Shown piece by piece: positions 13,419 to 23,400 of a stretch of DNA of 64,000 nucleotides. The notes below the pieces were generated by a model, which worked only from the letters and a program-made list of their open reading frames with translations, was not told the origin of the DNA and ran no database searches. The first letter of the stretch is position 1. Each line of letters starts with the position of its first letter. Made by a program: the position numbers and the translations under genes. The DNA is from Bugula neritina (lineage: Eukaryota; Animalia; Bryozoa). The DNA is taken from positions 9,146,741 to 9,210,740 of the forward strand of contig OZ037768.1 in the NCBI GenBank assembly GCA_964035545.1. Reading direction: 5' to 3'.

Positions 13419-16400
13419 CTACATATCTTCATCGTCGTCCTCCATTATACTGAATGCATCAGTGTTGGTTACTTCTTCATATTTGTGACTTCGGAAAAAC
13501 TTTCGCTTTTTATGAAGATAAAGAACAAATACATCGCACACAATGGTAGCAATGGAGAGTAAGGCAAGCCCACTGCCTATGTTTTGAAGAGTGGGAATAA
13601 CATTGAAAGCAGCAGCTCTAGCATCCATAGTTATAATAAACAGAATGCCATAAGCTTTGATTAGTTGCCTCTTCTGTACGTCATTTTGGAAATAGTTGTG
13701 ACTAAACCTGTAGTTGTAGCCTTTGGCAATCAAACTGTCTTCCCCTAAAACATATATTGTATGCATTAATAGGCTACAGTTTTAAAGTTTGCATGGGTTA
13801 ACAGGCTAAATTAAATGTCGTGCTAACTATTCCCTTTAGCAGTTGACAGAATTTATAACAGCTACTATTTGTAACTTGAACTATTTTTTCTTTCTATCAG
13901 GAAAAATAAAAATTTTCAACATACCCAAAAGAGAGAGTAAGGACAGTATTATACACAATCTAATGGCCGAAATGCAAGCAGAAAGTATATAATACAGACT
14001 AGCAAAGGATGGTTAAACTGATAAACATTCAAGCACTGACAACATTACAGAGCTTATAACTTTCAAATGTACTGAAACCATATTGCACAATTTATTCTGA
14101 CTTATGACAGACACAATATGTATTTTCTGTCGAAGCTGAAATTAGTAAAATGGAAATAGCTTTATTCTGATTGGTTAAGGAATACTTATTTAGATGGTCA
14201 AACTGTCGTCTGAAAAAACATAATTACATGATATATAATAATAGACATAGTAGATCAGCCGTGCATTAAATAATATGTTCAGGTAGCAAATAGTCATATC
14301 ATAATAGAGTAGACAATTTCAAAATTGCTGTTTATATGTCTATGCATATGGTGACCAAGCAGCACCTGTAAGAAGAAAAGTCTGCTGATAAAGAAAGCAC
14401 AATAGGCACTCTATTTATGCCGAGCACTGCATTTGCAGACTTTTAACCAAATTTGTGTTGTTAAAAATTAATTTCAGGCTAAAGCAGCAGTTTATGGTTG
14501 AGTATATAAATTATAGGTCTAAAACAGACAACAGAAAGAGATAAGAATGAAATAAACTAAATATATAAAAACACTATGTTTATCTATAATCAGCTTCGAG
14601 TCAAATAGTAAAAAGTATTTACAAACATAAGTATGAGGTTAAAATTCCCTAAGAATTATAATGGCTGCACCAGTTTCCGAAAACATCTATTTTACTGTTG
14701 CAACATGAGCTCCTAATACTGTGACTGCCTCTATATATATTATTTTCAGTAGAAAGTTAGCCATCAATAGTAAAATAACTAAGAAGCATTGTCAGCAATA
14801 ACTTCAGTTGATTTCTATGATTAGTGCCTTCCATGCTATCATCAATAATAAACACAGCATAATTTGGCTGAGATGCTAAGGCTTATAAAAAATCACAAGC
14901 AGTAAAATAAGTTGACAGCATGTTACACTTACCTTTATCTAATCTGTCGAAAGAATACTTTGGTTTACATAGTAAAGGGTCATAATCGAAATTACAATCC
15001 CACGATATCCTGATAGAAACCACACCGCCTACAACATATAATTTATAGATATTGTTTGCAACTTAAATATGTTGAAGTCTGTTCATGACAGCTAATAACA
15101 TCAGCTTATGCAACTAGTAGTGCTATTTTAGTAGTCTATGATAAAAAACAAAATCTGAAAGTTTCATTGAAATGAAAAGTTGAGAAATTCTAATGTTCAT
15201 CACTGGCGTTGCATTTTTTACTAGAAATTCAAAATTACAAAGAGAAGTGCAAGTTCTGTTGATTTGAGTATTTGCTCACCCATACATTTACCATTTTTTA
15301 CTCCAGCTGAATTGCTTAGCTTGTTGATTTGACTCAAGTTTTTAATTGACTTAAAAATTTTCATTAACATTCTGCAGTTCTTGAAATTCCCCAAAGCTAA
15401 AATATTGAATTGCCTAATCTAATTTTTAGCAATTGTAGTAAGCTCAGATATACTTTTTTGAAGCTGGTATGATTTAGTTTTTTTTTTATACAACGTTCAA
15501 AACTTATTTCAATGCTGTTAGAGATTTCATAGTTATTGTAGTTCAATGGAGTTCAACCATTTTCACAATATTTATTTTAAATTTCATTATTATTTATTGA
15601 CAGTAGCTAAATGTCAATTCAAAAATAACTAAACATAAAGAAAATATAATTTTATTCATGCTAGTAGTGCTAGTAGACGCATGTAACTACCCCCCACTCT
15701 GACTTTAATTATTATATCTTAGAATTCTTTATAAACATTAAATAATATATTGACTTGATCAAGTACTTATTCAATTGAAATTGAATGAGTCAATTAAAGT
15801 TATTAGCCAACTTGATTTTTTCGTCCGGAATAGGACTTAACTTTGTTAGTCAATGGCTTGACTTGATGTGACTTCAACCAAGGTTTGAAATTTTTTTTAA
15901 ACAATGCATTAAAAAACCATAGTAATTTAAATTTAAATTTTGATTTTAGGCTTTGATTATGGTTTTACTTATATTAATTGACAAATAGGCCATGAAATAA
16001 ACTAAAACTGTAAACACAATCCTAATTCAAAATTTAATTAATAACAGTAAATAAGCTAATTGCAATGACTACTGGGTGTTGGCATTGTAGCTGTATTTAA
16101 ACTTTAGTTCAACAATTGAAGTTATAGTTACAACTATCAAGTACCAAGGAACATAATAATAACCAAACTTATTTTTAAATTGAACTGGGTAAGTAAAGCG
16201 ATATGTGTTGCCAACAGTGCTACTAGTACTAGTACCACTCACCTTCATATGCCATATCATCATAAGTCTGCTTTTTCGTCATCTGTAGTTGAGCATGGTC
16301 GACAATGTAGCCTAATCGAAACACTGGGCAGAATGGATCACTGGCAGCATCATAATTGCAGCCTTTCAAGTAGCTTGCATTTGTAGATTCAACTATATTA

Positions 16401-17023
16401 CTTCTAGTCTTTTTATAATAAGGAAAATATACATGATTCTTAATCAAAACAGTAAAAGTTTTAGTGGCATTTAAAACTGGGTACCTAGTTGGAAGTTTAT
16501 TGTGTTCAATAGGACACCATGCTTCAACCATACACGTTTTTGTGGTTTTATTGCAAATTCCAGTCGTGACACCGTGACCTAACAAAAATGGCTTGTGAAT
16601 TGGAAGACAATCTTTATCTTCCGTGCAGTTGGCTCCAGGTACAGTCGGACTTTCAGCACATTCAGACGGACTTTGATCATTTGTAATTATCATATTTGTC
16701 ATAACAAAAAATGCATTGTTCTCTTCAGCTGGCATCACGATGTCGGTTGAGTCCCACAATTTTTGGTTACCAACTCTAGGATCTTCTGTATACGCAACAC
16801 CTTTGACTTTTGTCGTCGTCCCAGAAACACCCACATCCTCGAGTTGATAGCCTTTCTTGTGAATAAAGACCCATCCAATAATATAACCAATAATTGCGAG
16901 TTGTACAAGCCTGTTAAATATTCCTATACTTTTTGACTTTATATGAACAATTTTAGGAGTATCATACTCAAAAAATAGAGCAATTCCTCTTTGCACATAC
17001 GAACATGCATTGGTTTGCGCCAT
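13419..17023 (-). CDS. P2RX4-like: P2X purinoceptor (ATP-gated cation channel, P2X4-like), ~400 aa, 3 coding exons
   Basis: Exons 16243-17023, 14933-15028, 13419-13744. N-terminal FFEYDTPK, TM1, ATP-binding TKVKG, FTVLIKN, NYR, RQLIKAYG, all 10 ectodomain cysteines, TM2 NIGSGLALLSIATIVCD, C-terminal KYEEV. Confidence 0.96.
15751..15890. repeat. GACTT(G)-rich dispersed repeat fragment, related to 49218-49590
   Basis: Repeated TGACTTGA / GACTTAACTT motifs; similar motif clusters at ~15320-15360, 49218-49590 and ~52855. Confidence 0.4.
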
Positions 17024-17356
17024 TTTTAATGTTGCAAGACCTTCACGTGATGTAGTCGAAAATCTGAAGTAATAATAATTATAACAGTTGGGCAACACAC
17101 TTTAGCCCTTTAATAACGCGTACAGGAATCAAGCCCCATTACGTTGAATAAAATATTTGCGTCACACAACTCTAATCTATGGAGTTGTCTCCTATATTGT
17201 TAGACATGGTTGGCACCAAGCTTATAATTTCTAAATTATCTTAACACCAGAAAAACTGCATAAATAAGTTATGAGGAGATAACTCTGTGGGGTTTGCAAA
17301 TTTGCAACTCTTACTGAGTTATCTTCTTTACTTTTATAATGCTAATAGTTTTCGCG

Positions 17357-17396
17357 TGTAAACATTCAGTGCGCGGTTGTAATATTACCTAGCAAC
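17357..17396 (+). promoter_or_regulatory. Candidate ciliary promoter module: forkhead site TGTAAACA (17357-17364) plus RFX X-box-like ATTACCTAGCAAC (17384-17396)
   Basis: Motifs lie 80-120 bp upstream of the CFAP58 ATG. RFX and FOXJ1 are the established activators of motile-cilia genes. Confidence 0.55.
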
Positions 17397-17475
17397 ATGC
17401 CAAACTCATTCGTGCAATTTTGCCAATCTTTCTGCAGTTAACTGAATTTACAACTACTAGCTGAAACAATCAATC

Positions 17476-20400
17476 ATGGCGGATGACAAAGAAGAAACAG
17501 TTGAGGTAATATAATTACAATACTTTTTGAATTTAAAACTTTGAACAGCTGGTTAAAATTATAAAACCGTTCAAGCTTCTTATTGAAAGTAAAATGACTG
17601 AAGTTAGCTAAGTTATTATAATTAATAGCTAGTGACTGTCATAATCATAATGACAATAATCATCACATTTAAAATTTTGGGATTAATTTAAGTATCTGTT
17701 CTAAATTTAAAATAATTTTGACTTATAGTTGCAATGTTAACCTACCAGGCTAAGCTCAAGCTCCAGCTCCAGAATGTTTTGCGTTGGCTTTCGTTTGGCT
17801 ATCACTTGTCGGTAGCTTTAGTATCTGCTAGCTTGTAGCTCGTCAACATCGGATCATCTTACAATAGTAGCTAATATCGATATATCACAAAATATTTTTA
17901 AAACTATTATTTTCAGTTATTTGTAAAAATTTGAAACATTTAATTTAAATACGACATCAAAGTTACTATAGTCACTATCATGTAAGCATTTTGTGGCATG
18001 TGATAGCTTAATAGACACCCCTGGGCTGATCGTGTACGTTGTAAGTATCAAAACCAGTAAATGTTGAAAGTCAATATTTTCAATTTAGCTTCAACTCATT
18101 TAATAGTTATAGTTATAAGCTATGCCTATAATAGCATAAAAATTGCCCATATAGCCATAAAATAACATAGTTGGGACCCAATTACTCACTTCAAACTATT
18201 GATAAATTACACTATCTTAAGTAAATTTATACACCTGGAAAAAATTAGGTTTTATCTTGCTTACAGTAATAAAATTTATTAAGACTAGCTTACTTGACTG
18301 TGCACTTGGAACATGCAGTCACTTCGATCTGACAAAAACTAGTACTTTGTGTCATGATTTTTCATAAATATTATAAACTTAAAAGTATGAAGCTGAACTA
18401 ACATTGTTTTGTGATTGGAATGGTATAAAGCAAATTTAAATTTAGTTAAGAAGCATGCAAGTTTATTCGAAATACAAATTTATAATATTTATCTATAAAT
18501 ACTTTTAGACTAAACAAGAAAGATCAGGAAATGTTGGTGCATTATCTATTGAAGATAGTGCATTTGAGTCTTTGGAAAAAGATTTTCAAGATGTTCTTCA
18601 AGAATTGATGGGCGATAGGTGATTATTATTTATACAAGTACAGCCTACCTTTAAAGTTTCAAGTATGCATGTGTGTTTAAGCAAATAGTTGTATTATAAA
18701 AGGTTGTACTGGAAAAATTTTAGTAACTACTTTTGTTGGTTACATTTCTCACTTGTGTTTTGGCAAAGGCTTATTAATTGACGATGACATAATATTTTGC
18801 TGCTATAATTCAAGTAATTAAAAACATTGAAAAAATAGGCTAAAATATATTCAACACAATAATTAGTTTTTTTGTTTTCTTCATGCACTTGTGTAAATAT
18901 ATTTAATTATTTAGTTCAAAAAAAATTAAGCTCAGAGTAAACAGTCTACTTGCATTTGGTTGTTTAAATTTGTAGGAGTTTAGAAAAATTCAGAGTAGAA
19001 TATGAAAAGTTGCACCGAGCTCTAAAGAAATCTCATGAAAGTGAGAAACGGCTGATGGCAAAATGTCGCGAGTTGAACGCAGACATAGTTTCAAATGCTG
19101 CCAAAATGCAAACAGCATTAAAACTTTCTCAGGAAGATCAAGCTACTATCGCATCTCTGAAGAAGGTTAGTGAAAGTGTTAAGCGGTGAACAGGGCAACA
19201 GTGTAACACCATACGCTGAGAGGGGGAAATGTTAGTGTACATAAATATTGTTTTTCCAGGAGATAGAAAAAGCTTGGAAAATGGTTGATGCTGCACATGA
19301 CAAAGAAACTCGAGCAAAAGATACAATCCAATCTCTGAAACAAGAAATTGCCAACTTGAGTAAGTTAGTTGAGCAGGGAGCTGGTTTGACCATGGGACAA
19401 GAGCACAGGTATGCAATACTAAGTAGTTTTATTGGCTTAAATGCATGTCCAGTTATAAAAACTTTTTAATAGAATGTTGTGTGTAAAGACTATAATATTT
19501 ACTAGAGTTGAAATTTAGCAATAAATAATATTTCGTCATTTAACAGTGATTTGACTTCAAACTTTTAGTGTAAATGAATTACTCAAAGTGAAGGAAGAGT
19601 TGACAAAAGAAAGAGATGAGCAGTTGAGTGAAATTGTCAAGTTGAGAGAGCAAATGGCAGAGTCTGAAGCTGAGCAAAACAAGTTGGAAGAGGCTCATGA
19701 AGATGCCAAACAAAAGATCCAGGAGGTATGAGCTCTAAACCAGGTCTATGCTTAAGCTATAGTCAAAGTCTTTAGCGGAAGTCCAATACTACATTTTAGT
19801 GTTTCATCCTAGATATTTGTAGTGAGACTTGAGAACTATTACAAACCTGACAAAAATTACAGCTAATAGCTATTCACTATAATAAGGGAATAGTATATTT
19901 CTAACAATAAAATAAATAAACTTTATACTCTTTAAGTTGATCGTTTTGCTTGTTTCTTAAGAACACCTGAAAAACCTTTTACATGCATATAATGCCTATG
20001 TTGTAACGTCATGAGTCATAACTTTTAATCTCATAGCTCACTCAAGATATTCAAATGAGAAACAATGAGGCTCAAAGAGAATCGAGGCGGCGAGATAAGA
20101 TGGAAAAGGAGCTAAAGCAAGCCAAAGCAGACTATGAAGCAAAGAACGGCGAAGTCAAGAATCTTATGGGTGCCATAGACAGATACAAGGCAGATGTAAA
20201 TAAACTGGAACAACAGCTGAAAGAGCAAAGAGTATGTATTAGATAACCAACCGCATCGTTTACTATGATTGCAGCCTTTGAGTTTTAATAATTTGAAGTT
20301 GTCTTCCTTCAATTGTTGGTGCACAAATCTTAATACTTTGTAGTTATTTTGGTAAACATGATAAAACATACTTATCCACATTCCATATCAATTTTAAAGT

Positions 20401-23400
20401 ATGGTTTGAGGAGAAGTATGTTCTGTTATGAACCAAACTGTAAAGCATTTTTCACTGAAAGACTTTCGACTGCTTTAGATCACCAACGAAAGAAACATAA
20501 AAGAAAGTGACATATTGAACAGTAGATTCCAGAAGTTGCAGCAGGACCTCCAAGAGCAGATGGTTCTATCTGACAGTATTCACCAAGAGAACCAACAGAA
20601 AGCTCTGGAACTCAAAGTAATACATCCTAATCTATAAAATCATTACTGAGTCAAAGTTTTTTAAACATTTCTTTTTTATTTTGTCTGCAACTGAAAGTTC
20701 TAGCAGTAGAGAAATGCGTACTTATCCACATTCCATATGCGAACTAACTACGCAATGTGAATAAGTACGATTTTCTCAACTGTGATTGCAGCAAAAAGAA
20801 GACGAAGTCAACAATCTTAAGAACGACACGAATCGACTCAACCGAATGAGAGAGACTATTCAGAGAAGGTTGAGGACTGTGGAGGATCACAAGGCTGAAG
20901 TAGAGCAGTCAAAGGAGACACTCAAGGGAAACATTACCGCCTTAGAGAGAGGTTAGTAAAAACTGCATTCAATTAGTAGGATATTTCAATTATCAAGGAA
21001 AATCATCCAAAGTCAGTGGCTTTTTAAATTAAAAGAAAAGCTATGTTATGTAAAAAGCTTTAGTACAAATGTGTATGAATTCAAAATGAACGTCCTGTGT
21101 TTACAGAGTTGGAATCAGCCAGAAAGCAAGCTGAGATGGACAAAAAGGCGATTGATGACTTGGTAAGGGAAAGAGATATTTTGAACAAGAATATGCTGAA
21201 AGCAGCAGCAGCTACTCAGAAACAGCTGAATTTGGTGAAACTGCATGAGCAGAGCAAGAAAACCTTGGAGCAAGAAATTCAAAACTACAAGGAAGAGGTT
21301 TGTAAGCCGCAACATCAATTATATCAGTACTGAGTGGAATGGATAGCATAGATCAACTGCTTTCAAAAATGACAATTACCAGAGAAATTATTAACTTAAA
21401 GTTTTCTACAGCAATCAAAATTGTAAAAGAAGAAGTATTACAAAATTTTAAGAGTGCATGTAGTGTACTGAGGTCATGATATATAACATAAACTAATGTT
21501 TTGGTTAGGAAAATTTATTCACTTATTAGAAAAAAAACTTTTTTTTTTTTCATAAAAGGCTCAGAAGCAGCGTAAGATAATATACCAGCTGGAAAAGGAG
21601 CGAGACAGGTATATTAATGAGGCTAGTGACTTGACCCAGAAAGTCCTTCAGCATATGGAAGAGGTGAAAGTCAGAGAAATGTCAATATTTGACTATAAGA
21701 AGAAGATTGCTGAAGCTGAAACAAAACTTAAGCAGCAACAAAACCTGTACGAAGCTGTGAGGAGTGACCGGAACTTGTACAGCAAAAACCTGATCGAAGC
21801 GCAAGTAAGAAATATTAGTAAACAGATAGAGTTAGATTCCAAAACTGAATGCATGGTTCTTCATAGGACCTGCTTGAATACATATGTTGTAGAGAAGGGT
21901 GTTTGGCAGTGTATAGGGTGCGTACTTCATAACATTCCATATGTATCAAAAACTATAGCCTGTCATGAAGTAGGCGCCCCATACATACTGACTAACTCCT
22001 AACCCGTGTCAACCAGTATATCCATGTACAGTAGTGGTCACAGCTGCCGTGGTAAGAATGCTAGTAACGGCATACTTCATAACATTCCATAGTGTAACTC
22101 AATATAAGAGTGTTAGGAAGTATGGCATTGCCACCAATGATATACTAGAAGAGTTGTCATCACCATACTTCAAAGCCTCAATCCGCTACAAACATATATA
22201 TTCATATAGGCCTTATCGCGCCATTAACTAACTCATAGTATTTTGCAGTTTTTAAGAATATGATTATTGTAAAAGAGAGATTAGAATTTTCAGATATATA
22301 TGAAAAGATACCATCAAGAGGACACACCTATTTGGGTCATGACCTAATTATATGTGTAGTTTGCTCTTTTTAGGATGAAATCACGGAGATGCAGAGAAAA
22401 CTGAAGATCATGAACCACCAAATAGATCAGTTGAAGGAAGAGATAACTTCTAAAGAGCAGTCTCTGGTGAAAGAACATCTTGATAGACAGCGAGTGGAGA
22501 AAGAAAAGGACAATCTTAAGGTAGAGCAACTCCCATTAACTTTAGACTCTACAAAGTATATAACAGTATATTGTAAAATAATTACACAAGGCACATGAAT
22601 GTAATTAATGTGGCTTTTCATCACTATAGCGGCTCAAAATACCAAATTAATTTAACTTTTGACTTCACTGGAATTTTGTAAGTAAAATTAGACTGCTGGG
22701 TATATAATACAGATGCGTCATATACGTGCATATTTTCTAAATGTTTTCACTCGCAATATCACTGTGACAAAATTCTGAGTACTAGTTTATTAGTTCAGTT
22801 GTCGACTAATATAACATAAGATATGTGTTTTGGCCATTTTTTCCTAATAACAAGAGAATTATGATTTTAGTATGAAATAATAATTTAGGCTGAGCTTCAA
22901 AGAATGAAGCAAATGGCTGCCGAAAGCAAAGCTTACATTGAAGCACAAGAGGCTGAAGAAAGAAAACTTCTCAAGATTATTTCGGAAGCTGATGCCGAAA
23001 GAGTGAGACAGAAGAAAGAACTGGATCAGGTTGGTTAACCTAGATAGAAGTAATGCGGACACCATTTCTGGCGTGAATATCTTTCCAAGTCCGTGCTTGC
23101 GTGGTGTGAATATGTGTACGTGTGTATATAGATATGCAGCATGTCAAAATACTTTGAAAAAAATTAATAAAGTAACAAAGTTTCTTGAAATAATCAATTT
23201 GTATGACTAACTTGGGCAGCAAATTGTATGACAAGATATTTTAGGGGTATGGTTTAGGCCTATAAAATATTTGACAGTTGTTGCAGTATTTCTTCATTTT
23301 CCATAAGCAAAATGGCTGAAACAATAATAGCTTTGTGTACGATTATGCTGGATATAGAAGAAATTAGTAACAGTAAATATATAATTATATAGCTGTAATC

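Noticed and set aside
17541-17575. ACAGCTGGTT (and CACCAGCTGT near 25062) as mir-133
   Set aside because: Matches only the 3' end of miR-133; no UUGGUCCC seed and no pre-miRNA-length hairpin.
20348-22134. Recurrent ~20-nt motif read as a CRISPR-like array
   Set aside because: Eukaryotic intron context, irregular spacing, no cas genes; each copy is one arm of a miRNA-type hairpin.
22160-22185. CCATACTTCAAAGCCTCAAT as a fifth mir-1 copy
   Set aside because: Shares only CATACTTC; no seed and no complementary arm nearby. At best a decayed remnant.
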